A stretch of DNA of 32,000 nucleotides from an uncultured Balneolaceae bacterium (GTDB lineage Bacteria; Bacteroidota; Rhodothermia; Balneolales; Balneolaceae): the NCBI GenBank assembly GCA_964007875.1, contig CAXGAH010000011.1, positions 25,495 to 57,494 of the forward strand. Direction: 5' to 3'. Position 1 is the first letter of the stretch. Every line of letters begins with the position of its first letter. Below the pieces are notes generated by a model. The model was not told the DNA's origin, did not search any database, and was given only the letters and a program-made list of their open reading frames with translations. A program made the translations under genes and the position numbers. This document shows positions 16,085 through 26,087 of this stretch, in pieces.

Positions 16085-16519
16085 TCATAACTTGGAAGAG
16101 AAGGCTAGCGCATAGATTTTCATTTGCTTAACCATAGAAGCCAAGCCATTAGCTCTGGTAGGCGAGAGATGCTCATTCATTCCAATCTCAGTGATGAAGG
16201 TAGGCTCTGTTTCCAAAATAGCGGTAGGGGTTTGATAGCTATACAAGCGTACCATTAATGCTACAAGTCCTTTAGTGATAGCAGCGTCACTGTCTGCCTG
16301 GAATACAATCCGCTCATCACTGAGTTCAGCATGCAGCCAAACTTGGCTTTGACAGCCTTTAACAATATTGCTATCTATTTTTTTTGAACTATCGAGTGGA
16401 GGAAGTTTAGATCCGAGCTTAATGATGTGCTTGTAACGTTCGGTCCAATCCTCGAAAAGTCTAAATTCTCTGGCAATTCTATTTTGTATGTCTTCAATAC
16501 CTATTTTGGGCTGCGACAT
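16085..16519 (-). CDS. sufE: cysteine desulfuration protein SufE
   Basis: The length is about 140 aa. The SufE/CsdE active-site context KGCQSQVWLH (persulfide-accepting Cys) is present, and the overall similarity to SufE is family-like. Confidence 0.85.
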   Translation of the reverse strand: MSQPKIGIEDIQNRIAREFRLFEDWTERYKHIIKLGSKLPPLDSSKKIDSNIVKGCQSQVWLHAELSDERIVFQADSDAAITKGLVALMVRLYSYQTPTAILETEPTFITEIGMNEHLSPTRANGLASMVKQMKIYALAFSSKL

Positions 16520-16527
16520 GTCGACAC

Positions 16528-17406
16528 TTAAATTTCTTTTAACTCTAGCTTACCGACTGACTTTACAGTTGAAATTTTATTGCTGGTATCGTCTTTTACG
16601 GGACTGAATGACTGATAAATTGTTTGGTACTCGTCAGTACCGGGTACTTTATATCGAAATAACTCTGAGACAGTTATACCTTCAAATGCACTGCTTAGAG
16701 CTTGCTTTATCATTGCAACATCATGTGGATGTATAACACTCTCCAATCCTTTTTCAAAAACATCATCTGAGCCGAATCCAGTGACTTCTTCGAAAGCTTC
16801 ATTGATGTATTTGCAATTGAACCCAGATTCGTCTTTCGAAAATTTGAGAATGAATTCTTCTCTTTGTTTTAATAAGGAACCAAAATCGGTATTGAAAATA
16901 GCCTTAGCACTTTCTTTTTTCTCTGTAACATCTCGTTGATATGACACCCAATGAGTAACCTCTCCCTGTGCGTTCATTAAGGGATGAATATCCCACTGGT
17001 TAATAAACTCTGAGCCATCTTTGCGATAGTTAATGGTATGACCAAAGAATGCTTGCCCTTCAATTAATCGCCTTTTGAGACGTTCCAAAATAACTCGATC
17101 AGTTTTCGCACCTTGAAGGATTCGTGGTGTCTTGCCAAATACTTCTTGTTTTGTATATCCAGTCATTCTAGTAAAACCGTCATTCACATAGACAATTCTT
17201 GGTCCAGGTTTTTCCAAACTAAGTTCAGTGATTATGATAGAATCATAATCATTTCGAATCGCGCTTTCAAGCAAGTCTAACTGATGTTTTAGTGTAGCAA
17301 TTTGATCTGCTTGTGACTGAAAAGCACCTTCAAGCCTTACTTGGGCATCGGCATCTTTGGCAAAATTCTTGATGTCGTATAATTCAAATAGTTTATTGTG
17401 CTTCAT
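16528..17406 (-). CDS. tandem PAS-domain sensor protein; first PAS is LOV-like but lacks the photoactive Cys
   Basis: An N-terminal coiled-coil-like segment is followed by PRIVYVNDGFTRMTGYTKQEVFGKTPRILQGAKTD...INYRKDGSEFINQWDIHPL...VSYQRDVTEKK (LOV-type PAS). A second PAS follows (YINEAFEEVTGFGSDDVFEKGLESVIHPHDV...). There is no output domain. Confidence 0.75.
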   Translation of the reverse strand: MKHNKLFELYDIKNFAKDADAQVRLEGAFQSQADQIATLKHQLDLLESAIRNDYDSIIITELSLEKPGPRIVYVNDGFTRMTGYTKQEVFGKTPRILQGAKTDRVILERLKRRLIEGQAFFGHTINYRKDGSEFINQWDIHPLMNAQGEVTHWVSYQRDVTEKKESAKAIFNTDFGSLLKQREEFILKFSKDESGFNCKYINEAFEEVTGFGSDDVFEKGLESVIHPHDVAMIKQALSSAFEGITVSELFRYKVPGTDEYQTIYQSFSPVKDDTSNKISTVKSVGKLELKEI

Positions 17407-17543
17407 AGGGCCTACTTGGTCTCGCGGAGTTTTTCAAATTATTAGTAAGTAATTAAACGATGAATAGAGTTTAATCATTCCACAACTTCAAACAAATAAA
17501 ATAGAAGGCCTAATATGAGCTTTTCTTGATACAATTACAGGAT

Positions 17544-17571
17544 AAAAAAAGGGGGACTATTGTCCCCCTTT
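17544..17571 (-). terminator. rho-independent terminator (minus strand)
   Basis: GGGGGAC (17551-17557) and GTCCCCC (17562-17568) form a 7-bp GC stem with a 4-nt loop. On the minus strand the stem is followed by a run of seven U (plus-strand A7 at 17544-17550). It lies about 290 nt downstream of the meaB stop and upstream of the PAS gene. Confidence 0.75.
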
Positions 17572-17860
17572 CCTCACTCACTCATCGAAGTAGCAGCTTC
17601 GCTTTAGCTTAGCTGCACGCTCTTTAAAATTTATTTAAACCCACCGGTTCATGTGAACTCATACAGTTAAATTCATCGCCCAAACATCGTTATTTTATGT
17701 GCACATTACAAATGGTTATAGTGGCTTATCGCATATCTGACTATAAAATAAATATAATACTGTAAGCGCTTTTTTGCTAGTATAAAGTATGTTTTTGAGC
17801 AATTTTTTTTTATGTCATCAAAAGCTTTTCTAAATAGGCTAAAACCTTAAAATGAAGGGT

Positions 17861-18874
17861 TTATTCCTTATTGAATAGTGACCGCGAGAATTCTTGAGCT
17901 GCTTCTATCACATTTTTTTTACCGGATTGGATCTCTTTTATGAGCGCGTTTCGAAAAGAGCTAGTGTGCCTAGCTGCCTGTAAATAGTGAAGCCAATAGT
18001 ACTCACTTAATTTTTGAAACCAGTGTTCTTGTTGGAGTTTTCTTTTGTGCTCAAAGAATCCCTCTGCTACAGCTTGTTCTAGAAATTTAGTTACGGCTTG
18101 CCAACTTTCAGTGATTCCAATGTCTTGGGTGGAACTGACCCCTAAGGTCGGTACTTGGTAATTCTTAAGGGAATGATTGATTAGTTGGGAAGTAGATCGT
18201 AACGATTGTAGTGTTTGTTGAGCTAATGATTTTGTCATTCCGTCCATTTTATTCACCAACAAAACATCTGCAAATTCTAATACTCCTCGTTTAATCCCTT
18301 GTAATTCATCTCCACTTCCAGGTTGGTTAAGCAAGACAAAACAGTCCACCATATCTGCTACAGCACCTTCACTTTGCCCAATTCCGACAGTTTCAATTAG
18401 AATAATGGAATAACCAGCTAGTTCACATAAGCTCATGATGGATTGAGTAGCATGGGTAACTCCACCAAGAATTTGTTGAGAAGGTGAAGGGCGTATGAAG
18501 GTATTTGGCTGGGTGCTCAACCGCTTCATCCTGGTTTTATCACCTAGAATAGAACCTCCAGATAGTTGGCTACTAGGATCAATAGCTAGCACACATACTC
18601 GGTGTCCTAGCGAAAGTAGGTGCATCCCCAAGGATTCTATATAGCTACTTTTTCCTACCCCAGGAGGGCCTGAAATTCCTATTCTTATCGTTGGTGCACG
18701 TTCGGTAGCACTGAGTCGTGCCAAACTTTCTTTGAGTAGGTTTCCAGCCCTATGCGTATCTTCTGTCCGAGTACTTTCAAGCAGTGTAATTGCCCGAGAA
18801 AGACTTCTTATTTGTCCATTTTCGATGGAATTTATCCATTCCGAAATGGAAGTGTGATCGCTGGATTCTTTCAT
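17861..18874 (-). CDS. meaB: methylmalonyl-CoA mutase-associated GTPase MeaB (ArgK family)
   Basis: The P-loop GISGPPGVGKSS, the Walker B-like LIETVGIGQSE and the NKxD motif LVNKMDG are present. The gene lies 3 nt downstream of the mutase gene. Confidence 0.9.
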   Translation of the reverse strand: MKESSDHTSISEWINSIENGQIRSLSRAITLLESTRTEDTHRAGNLLKESLARLSATERAPTIRIGISGPPGVGKSSYIESLGMHLLSLGHRVCVLAIDPSSQLSGGSILGDKTRMKRLSTQPNTFIRPSPSQQILGGVTHATQSIMSLCELAGYSIILIETVGIGQSEGAVADMVDCFVLLNQPGSGDELQGIKRGVLEFADVLLVNKMDGMTKSLAQQTLQSLRSTSQLINHSLKNYQVPTLGVSSTQDIGITESWQAVTKFLEQAVAEGFFEHKRKLQQEHWFQKLSEYYWLHYLQAARHTSSFRNALIKEIQSGKKNVIEAAQEFSRSLFNKE

Positions 18875-18877
18875 AAA

Positions 18878-20959
18878 TTAACTCGAGGCTATTCGATCTT
18901 CTAACGCTGCAAGTATAGATTGTGCTGCTTCGGTTATGGGTGTTCCTGGGCCAAAAATGGCAGTTACTCCGTCTGCTTTCAATTGAGCATAATCCTGTTC
19001 CGGTATCACACCGCCTGCCACGATGATCATATCGTTGACACCTTGCTTCGTGAGTCCCTCGATTAGTGCTGGTATCAAGGCTTTATGTCCACCGGCTAAA
19101 CTTGATATCCCTACTACATGCACATCATTTTCGATGGCCTGTTTTACTACTTCATCCGGCGTGGAGAAAAGACTTCCCATATCCATATCAAATCCTAAAT
19201 CTGCAAATGCGGTGGCAATGACTTTGCTTCCTCTATCATGTCCATCTTGTCCCATTTTAACAATAAGCATGCGAGGTTGGCGTCCGAGTGCCCGTGCTAA
19301 TTTTCGTACTTGTTCTTTTAATTGCTCGAAAGCTGGATCTTTTTCATACACTTTGCTATATACTCCTTTTATTGTAGAATGATGTGCACTATGTCGCCCC
19401 CAAACGCGTTCTAGCGCTTCAGAAATTTCACCAACGGTAGCCTGTGCCCGTGTGGCTTCAATAGCGACGGATAAAATATTTTGCGTGGATGATTTTGCAG
19501 CTTCTACGAGAGCGGCCAAACGTGTTTCTACAAGTTCATTATCCCTATTCTGTTTAAGAAGGGAGAGTTTTTTTTCTTGAGACTGCCGGACTTTTGAATG
19601 ATCGATGTCACGAACATCCATGGGTGTTTGATCAGGGCTCTTATATTTATTAACCCCCACAATAATTTCAATTCCTTTGTCTATGCGAGCTTGGCGTATG
19701 GCTGCGAAGGCTTCAATTTTCCTTTGTGGAAAGCCCTGTTCAATCGCTCTTGTCATTCCACCCATGGCCCTGATTTCTGTAATAAGTTCTTTGGCTTTGG
19801 TATATAAATCATGAGTGAGTGATTCCATGGCATAGGAGCCAGCAAAAGGGTCAATGATGTGAGTTACATCGGTTTCTTCTTGTAAAATAAGTTGGGTATT
19901 ACGGGCAATCCGAGCAGCTGTTTCTGTAGGCAGGGAGAGCGCTTCGTCGTAACTATTGGTATGAAGGGATTGAGTCCCACCAAAAATAGCGGCGATAGCT
20001 TCGACCGTAGTTCGTACGATATTATTTAAGGGGTCTTGTGCTGTCAATGACCAACCAGATGTTTGGCAATGGGTGCGTAACATGGTGGATTTAGGATTTT
20101 TTGACTCAAATAAATCCTGCATTAGTTCCGCCCACAATTCTCTCGCAGCGCGTAGTTTGGCAATCTCTGTGAGCATATTCATTCCAATACCAAAAAAGAA
20201 GGAAAGCCGAGGAGCAAACTCATCTACATCAAGACCTCGATCAACAGCAGTTCCAACATATTCTAGCCCATTTGCAATAGTGAAAGCTAATTCTAGCACT
20301 TCATTCGCACCTGCTTCTTGCATATGGTAGCCTGAAATAGAGATTGAATTGAATTTAGGCATATATTGGCATGTATAGTCAATAATATCGGAGACTAAAC
20401 GCATGGACGGGGTAGGGGGATATATATATGTATTGCGAACCATGAATTCTTTTAAAATATCATTTTGTATGGTTCCACTGAGTTGATCTTGGGAAACGCC
20501 TTGTTCCTCAGCTGCTACAATATATGCCGCCATAATGGGGATAACAGCACCGTTCATTGTCATTGATACGGACATTTTATCCAGTGGAATCCCATTGAAG
20601 AGTTGTTTCATATCTTCCACTGAATCAATAGCTACACCAGCCTTTCCTACATCACCCACTACCCTTGGATGATCTGAATCATAGCCTCTATGTGTGGCTA
20701 AATCAAAGGCTACACTCAGGCCTTTTTGTCCATTTTCAAGTGCATTCCTGTAAAAAGCGTTGGACTCCTCAGCTGTTGAAAATCCTGCATACTGCCGAAT
20801 AGTCCACGGCCTACCGGTATACATGCTACTATATGGCCCCATACGATAAGGGAATTCGCCTGGATTTTGTGGTTTAATACGCCTTTTATTGAGGTCATCA
20901 GGCGTATATAAAGCCTTTTTTTGGAGTTTTTCGGAGTCTTGGAAAGAAAATTCACTCAT
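18878..20959 (-). CDS. scpA: methylmalonyl-CoA mutase (single-chain catalytic barrel plus B12-binding domain)
   Basis: [38 protein letters not shown] and [17 protein letters not shown] are mutase barrel motifs. The C-terminal cobalamin-binding DxHxxG is present ([13 protein letters not shown]). Confidence 0.95.
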   Translation of the reverse strand: MSEFSFQDSEKLQKKALYTPDDLNKRRIKPQNPGEFPYRMGPYSSMYTGRPWTIRQYAGFSTAEESNAFYRNALENGQKGLSVAFDLATHRGYDSDHPRVVGDVGKAGVAIDSVEDMKQLFNGIPLDKMSVSMTMNGAVIPIMAAYIVAAEEQGVSQDQLSGTIQNDILKEFMVRNTYIYPPTPSMRLVSDIIDYTCQYMPKFNSISISGYHMQEAGANEVLELAFTIANGLEYVGTAVDRGLDVDEFAPRLSFFFGIGMNMLTEIAKLRAARELWAELMQDLFESKNPKSTMLRTHCQTSGWSLTAQDPLNNIVRTTVEAIAAIFGGTQSLHTNSYDEALSLPTETAARIARNTQLILQEETDVTHIIDPFAGSYAMESLTHDLYTKAKELITEIRAMGGMTRAIEQGFPQRKIEAFAAIRQARIDKGIEIIVGVNKYKSPDQTPMDVRDIDHSKVRQSQEKKLSLLKQNRDNELVETRLAALVEAAKSSTQNILSVAIEATRAQATVGEISEALERVWGRHSAHHSTIKGVYSKVYEKDPAFEQLKEQVRKLARALGRQPRMLIVKMGQDGHDRGSKVIATAFADLGFDMDMGSLFSTPDEVVKQAIENDVHVVGISSLAGGHKALIPALIEGLTKQGVNDMIIVAGGVIPEQDYAQLKADGVTAIFGPGTPITEAAQSILAALEDRIASS

Positions 20960-21018
20960 CGAATACGTATTAAGAGGTTTTGATGGTTAGAATATGCAAT
21001 AAACTAAGAAGTAGCCTT

Positions 21019-24000
21019 TTATGCCACATCTTCCATTCGAACTCCTACCAATCGACTAACACCGGTTTCAGGCATGGTGACACCATACATCATCTCTGCC
21101 TTACTCATGGTTTTTTTATTGTGCGTAATAATGATGAACTGAGTGTCATTTGAAAACGCTTTAATCATTTTAGCAAATCGTTCGATATTTGCATCATCTA
21201 AAGGAGCATCAACCTCATCCAATACACAAAAAGGTGAGGGTTTTACCAAATAGATGGCAAATAGTAATGCGATGGCAGTGAGTGTTTTTTCCCCTCCTGA
21301 AAGTTGGGAGATACCTGAGGGTCGCTTACCCCTAGGTTGAGCTTTAATTTCAATACGAGCTTCTAGTGGATCTTCGGCATCTTGCTCTATAATCAAATCA
21401 CAAAAGTCGTCAGCAAAGAATAATGTTTTGAACACACGCTGGAAATTATTTCGAACTTCTTCAAAGGTTAAGTTAAAGCGTTCTGTGGCCTTGATATTGA
21501 TTTCATCTATGGTTTCAAGAAGTTGAATTTCGGCTTTCGTTAAATCTTCAATTTGTTCTTCATAGAAGTTTAATCTTTTGCTTTCCTCTTCATATTCTTC
21601 AATTGCAAGCGGGTTAACTTCTCCCAGACTGTTCACTTTTTGTTTGAGCCAAGTAATTCGCTGTTTCACTTCCTCTGTACTTTTATCCTCGGGCAAAGGG
21701 TCACTTTCAAGTAATTTAATGAGTAGCCCATAACTTTCCCAAACATGGTCGCGAAGGCTTCCGCTTTGTAAATCCATTTTTTCCTTGGCCATGTGCAAAT
21801 GATGAACTAGTTCGATGTTTACTTCTTTTTGGCGTCGAATTTCTTTGAGCTGCTTCTCTATTTCGTTAATGCTCCCTCGAACTATTGCAGCAGTTTCTTG
21901 TGTGTTAGATAGAGCCTGATCGGCCTCTTCTTTTTGGATAGTCGATTGCGCTAGTTTTTCTTTCCAGCTAGTTACTTGTTCGGTGTTTAAACTGATATGC
22001 TCACTTGCCTTACCAATGCGTTCCTCACGATGCTCTATGCGTTGTTCAACCCCATTTATACTAATCTGAGCACGTTGGATTTCACGTTCATGATTCTCAA
22101 TCTTATTGGTAATATCCTGATGTTTAAGTTGGGCATCGTTATACCGGCTTTGTGCACCTGAACGCTGTTCTTCTAATGACTCTAATAAGCTTTTTTGCTG
22201 TTCAAGTTTATGGTTATAGCTTTCAATTTTTTGTTCGCTTTCTTTTTGGGAAGGTGCTATGTTAGCAAGTTCTTGTTGTGCATTTCCCTCATTGGATTGA
22301 AGAGAGTTTTTTCGGTTAACCCGATCGGTAATATTCTTTTGGTAGACTTGCACCTTTGAACTCATTGAGTGTTTTTGCTGCTCTAATGTGCGAATTTGTT
22401 GTTCGAGATCTTTCAGCGCTTTATTGAGTACGGGTAAATCAATCTGTGTGCTTTTGTTCTGAATCTGTTCTAGATAGTCGGTTAGCTTGTGTAGCTCTTT
22501 CTGAATTTTTGCCTGTTGCTTTTTTAGTCGCTCAATTTTGGTTTTTAAGCTGACCCGCATACCAGTGTGGCTACTTTTACTTCCCGATGTGTAAAAAGAG
22601 TATCCACTACGAACATCCCCTTGTAAACTTACCGAGCTCCATTCTTTGTTTAACTCTGTTTTATTCATGAGCTCGATGTCCTCAAATACAAGAACATTAC
22701 CCAATAAGAGTTGCTTTAGGGCAGAGTACTTTGCTTTACAATCCACATGATGAAATAAGCTACCATTAGCAACATCATAGGTAGCGGCAAGCTGTTGTAG
22801 AGGAATAAAAGTAGCCAAGCCTTTTTTGTGTTCCTTTAATAATTTAGCAGCCGCATGTGCTTCTTCCATTGTATCCACGACTAAATAATTTAGCATAGGA
22901 CCAAGTGCTGACTCCAAAGCAACAGCATAAGTCTCATCAGTTGAAAAAACATCACTGACGGTCGTCATGCTTTTAAAATTAAATCGCTGCTCTTCTAATA
23001 GATATTGGACACTCGATGGAAAAGCTTCATTGGAAGCGGCTAAATCTTGAAGGAGCTGCGATTCTGACTCGGCTGATGCTAAATCACTGCTCAGGCTGCG
23101 AATCTGATCCTTCGTCTCGTTCTGGGTATGAGCGAATTGTTCTTTTTTTGCACGAGCCTCTTCTAACGACTTTTCCTGTTGGCTTCGATCGCTGAACATT
23201 TTTTCTAGCTGTTCATCTACATTACTTTGTTGCTCAGTAATAGTAGCAATTTCACTATTCAAATTAGAAATCTCAGACTCAATATGTTCAAGATCACCTT
23301 CGGTATTTTCGAGTTTGGACTCAATTTTAATTCGCTTGGCTTGAAGCTGAGTTAATTCATTTTTAGCTGCACTTATTTGAACTTCAAGCTCATATATTTC
23401 GTGGCGAATTTTGCTGTATTGCTGTTGGGTTTGGGTGTAAATGACTCTTGAATCTTCTAAGCTTTTCTCAGATCGTCCTTGTTCTGTAGCAAATTCCTCT
23501 AGTTTTTCCTGACTGTGTGTTCGAACTTGCTGTAACTCTGCTAAATCCTTATTACCCTGTTCGATATCCCTTTTATATTCACTTAGAACTTTTTCTTCGC
23601 TTTCAATTTTTTGCTGGGCAATACGGATTTGGGTGGTAGCTTCTTGAACAGCTTCTGCTAGGGATTGTACTCTGCGTTGAGCTTCGGACTGTGCTCGTTC
23701 TTTTTCCACGAGGGCTTTCCGAGTCTGCTCATCTTCAGCTTCAAGTGTATTCAGTTTTTGCTGGAGCTGTGTTTTTTCAAGCTCTGCGGAGTTTACGCGT
23801 TCAATTAATGGATTTAGTTCTTGTTGAATCCTCTCGTACTCATGCATGGAGAGCGCTTTATCAAGTTTTTCTAGTTCTTCTTTATATCCTTTTGCCTTGA
23901 TCGCTTTCTCTGCTTGGATTCCTAAGCTTCGTGTTTTCTTGCGTAATTCAATCAATAAATCATCGATGCGCTGAAGATCTTTACTTGTTTCCTCAAGCTT

Positions 24001-24537
24001 TCTGAGGCTTCTTTTTCGCTGATCCTTATACCTCGTGACACCGGCAGCCTCTTCAAAAAGTTTCCGCCGATCGTTGTTTTTATCATTTAAAATTTCCTCT
24101 ACCATCTTAAGCTCAATCACCGAATACGCATCCGAACCCATGCCGGTATCCATGAACAATTCCATGATGTCTTTTAATCGGCATGAAGTACCATTTATAA
24201 GGTATTCTGAATCTCCAGATCGGTATAAACGCCGAGTGATGGTGAGCTCTGAATATTCAATGGGTAAAATACCTTTATCATTTATAAAAGTTAGAGACAC
24301 CTCAGCTAGCCCAAGAGCTTTTTTCTTGGCTGTACCATTAAAAATCACATTACTCATTGCCGAAGATCGCAACAACGAAGGTCGCTGTTCTCCTAGTACC
24401 CACCGTAAGGCATCTACAATGTTAGATTTACCGCACCCATTTGGTCCGACAATGGAAGTAATTCCACTATCAAAGCTCACTTTTGTTTTATGAGCAAAAC
24501 TTTTAAATCCTTGTAATTCTAGTTCAGATATGTACAA
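21019..24537 (-). CDS. smc: chromosome segregation protein SMC
   Basis: The N-terminal Walker A reads FKSFAHKTKVSFDSGITSIVGPNGCGKSNIVDALRWVLGEQ. Long coiled-coil arms and a central hinge follow. The C-terminal signature LSGGEKTLTAIALLFA and Walker B FCVLDEVDAPLD are present. Length is 1172 aa. Confidence 0.95.
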   Translation of the reverse strand: MYISELELQGFKSFAHKTKVSFDSGITSIVGPNGCGKSNIVDALRWVLGEQRPSLLRSSAMSNVIFNGTAKKKALGLAEVSLTFINDKGILPIEYSELTITRRLYRSGDSEYLINGTSCRLKDIMELFMDTGMGSDAYSVIELKMVEEILNDKNNDRRKLFEEAAGVTRYKDQRKRSLRKLEETSKDLQRIDDLLIELRKKTRSLGIQAEKAIKAKGYKEELEKLDKALSMHEYERIQQELNPLIERVNSAELEKTQLQQKLNTLEAEDEQTRKALVEKERAQSEAQRRVQSLAEAVQEATTQIRIAQQKIESEEKVLSEYKRDIEQGNKDLAELQQVRTHSQEKLEEFATEQGRSEKSLEDSRVIYTQTQQQYSKIRHEIYELEVQISAAKNELTQLQAKRIKIESKLENTEGDLEHIESEISNLNSEIATITEQQSNVDEQLEKMFSDRSQQEKSLEEARAKKEQFAHTQNETKDQIRSLSSDLASAESESQLLQDLAASNEAFPSSVQYLLEEQRFNFKSMTTVSDVFSTDETYAVALESALGPMLNYLVVDTMEEAHAAAKLLKEHKKGLATFIPLQQLAATYDVANGSLFHHVDCKAKYSALKQLLLGNVLVFEDIELMNKTELNKEWSSVSLQGDVRSGYSFYTSGSKSSHTGMRVSLKTKIERLKKQQAKIQKELHKLTDYLEQIQNKSTQIDLPVLNKALKDLEQQIRTLEQQKHSMSSKVQVYQKNITDRVNRKNSLQSNEGNAQQELANIAPSQKESEQKIESYNHKLEQQKSLLESLEEQRSGAQSRYNDAQLKHQDITNKIENHEREIQRAQISINGVEQRIEHREERIGKASEHISLNTEQVTSWKEKLAQSTIQKEEADQALSNTQETAAIVRGSINEIEKQLKEIRRQKEVNIELVHHLHMAKEKMDLQSGSLRDHVWESYGLLIKLLESDPLPEDKSTEEVKQRITWLKQKVNSLGEVNPLAIEEYEEESKRLNFYEEQIEDLTKAEIQLLETIDEINIKATERFNLTFEEVRNNFQRVFKTLFFADDFCDLIIEQDAEDPLEARIEIKAQPRGKRPSGISQLSGGEKTLTAIALLFAIYLVKPSPFCVLDEVDAPLDDANIERFAKMIKAFSNDTQFIIITHNKKTMSKAEMMYGVTMPETGVSRLVGVRMEDVA

Positions 24538-24582
24538 CGTTTACGGGGCTTAGGCTCTTGGCTTACTTGGAAGCCAAGAAAT

Positions 24583-25152
24583 TTAGACGGTCATTATTTC
24601 CGATTCTTTTAGCTGCAATAGTTGATCTACATTGCTAGTGTGCCCATCGGTCACTTTTTGAACTTCCGCTTCTGCCTCAAATTTAGAATCTTCGGGCAAT
24701 GAATGGAACTCGACAGCTTTTTTCACCGCATCATTGGCATCTCGACGTGCATAACGAATGCTAATTCGTGCTTGTTCAGATTTATCCTTAGCCACTTTTA
24801 CTAATTCTTTGCGTCGCTCCTCGGTTAAAATAGGTAGAGGTATACGAATCAAATCACCATCATTCATTGGGTTGAGTCCCAAACCTGAGGACATAATCCC
24901 TTTTTCTATATCTGTTATAATACTTTTATCATAGGGCTGTACTAAAAGTAATCGTGGTTCAGGGGCTGAAATATTCGCCAATTGCTGAAGGGGGGTTTGG
25001 GCACCATAGTATTCTACATGAATACCTTGGATTAATGTGGGGTTTGCCTTACCGGCTCGAATATGCGAAAATTCTTTTTTTAAATATTGAACCGCATCGT
25101 CCATTTTCATTTCTGCTTCATCTACTATTTCTTGCAGTTCGTCCGCAATCAT
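24583..25152 (-). CDS. frr: ribosome recycling factor
   Basis: 189 aa. EFSHIRAGKANPTLIQGIHVEYYG and LPILTEERRKELVK...IRYARRDAND are typical RRF sequences. It sits in the conserved frr-pyrH-tsf-rpsB order. Confidence 0.95.
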   Translation of the reverse strand: MIADELQEIVDEAEMKMDDAVQYLKKEFSHIRAGKANPTLIQGIHVEYYGAQTPLQQLANISAPEPRLLLVQPYDKSIITDIEKGIMSSGLGLNPMNDGDLIRIPLPILTEERRKELVKVAKDKSEQARISIRYARRDANDAVKKAVEFHSLPEDSKFEAEAEVQKVTDGHTSNVDQLLQLKESEIMTV

Positions 25153-25299
25153 AATGTTCTCCTACCAAGTTTTTGTTCAACTGAGTTATTATGGTATCGC
25201 CTTCCTAACATATCTCCCTACGGGTTGATGTATGCCATATACCACCTTCGAAAATACTAAATGTGTGGTATAAATCTTAATAATTTGTGGGACAGTTTA

Positions 25300-26016
25300 T
25301 TACCAAATCACCGTGGTACCATCATTACTGCCTTCGCAGACAATCTTCTTAAGTGTACCCTCTTTATTCATATTAAAGACGATAATGGGGGTTTCGTTTT
25401 CACGGCATAGAGTAAATGCCGTGAGGTCCATTACGGATAAGCGTCTTTTTAGGACTTCATCGCCAGTAATAGTATTAAATTTAATAGCATCGGGAGTAGT
25501 TTCTGGGTCTGCGTTGTAAATTCCATCAACCCGAGTACCTTTGAGTATTACATCGGCCTCTACCTCAATAGCTCGAAGGGCTCCAGCGGTATCGGTGGTA
25601 AAATAGGGGTTACCGGTTCCGGCACCAAAGATGATGACTCGTCCTTTTTCGAGATGTCTGACAGCTCTTCGGCGTATAAATGGCTCAGCAATAGCTTCCA
25701 TTCGAATAGCACTCATTAGTCTAGTCATTATCCCACTACGTTCCAGCGCATCTTGGAGTGCCATCGCATTAATCATCGTTGCTAACATTCCCATATAATC
25801 ACCTTGAACACGATCCATGCCTTCGGTAGCTCCTTTCACTCCGCGAAATATGTTCCCTCCACCAATTACAATACAGATTTCTATGCCTTGCTCATGGATA
25901 GATTTGATTTCTTTGGCGTACTGATGAAGAATTTTCCCATCGATACCATGTCCCTGTTCTCCCAGCAAAGCTTCGCCACTGAGCTTCAAAAGTATGCGTT
26001 TGTATGTATTTGCCAC
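25300..26016 (-). CDS. pyrH: UMP kinase
   Basis: [23 protein letters not shown] and DGIYNADP are present. I placed the start at the GTG at 26014-26016, giving [15 protein letters not shown]. The track ORF start at 26061 would lie inside the tsf terminator hairpin and its U-tract. Confidence 0.88.
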   Translation of the reverse strand: MANTYKRILLKLSGEALLGEQGHGIDGKILHQYAKEIKSIHEQGIEICIVIGGGNIFRGVKGATEGMDRVQGDYMGMLATMINAMALQDALERSGIMTRLMSAIRMEAIAEPFIRRRAVRHLEKGRVIIFGAGTGNPYFTTDTAGALRAIEVEADVILKGTRVDGIYNADPETTPDAIKFNTITGDEVLKRRLSVMDLTAFTLCRENETPIIVFNMNKEGTLKKIVCEGSNDGTTVIW

Positions 26017-26035
26017 GCTATTTGGATTTATAGGA

Positions 26036-26068
26036 TAAAAAAAAGCTGACTTGAAAATCAAGTCAGCT
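26036..26068 (-). terminator. rho-independent terminator after tsf (minus strand)
   Basis: AGCTGACTTG (26044-26053) and CAAGTCAGCT (26059-26068) form a perfect 10-bp stem with a 5-nt loop. On the minus strand it is followed by eight U (plus-strand A8 at 26037-26044). It lies 20 nt downstream of the tsf stop. Confidence 0.85.
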
Positions 26069-26087
26069 TAATGTACTGAAATTTTAA

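Noticed and set aside
17647-17658. GTTCATGTGAAC palindrome as a LexA (Cheo-type GAAC-N4-GTTC) box
   Set aside because: The half-sites are in the opposite arrangement (GTTC...GAAC), and the site is not upstream of a damage-response gene.
19023-20330. Plus-strand ORFs (119, 69 and 85 aa) inside the methylmalonyl-CoA mutase gene
   Set aside because: They are antisense shadow ORFs within a strongly supported CDS.
23691-24493. Plus-strand ORFs (69 and 152 aa) inside smc
   Set aside because: They are antisense to the conserved SMC head and coiled coil. Low-complexity coiled-coil coding often leaves the opposite strand open.
24557-24578. 8-bp hairpin CTTGGCTT/AAGCCAAG between frr and smc as a terminator
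   Set aside because: No U-tract follows it on the minus strand, and smc starts only about 20 nt further on. At most it is an RNA stability or processing element and is not callable as a terminator.
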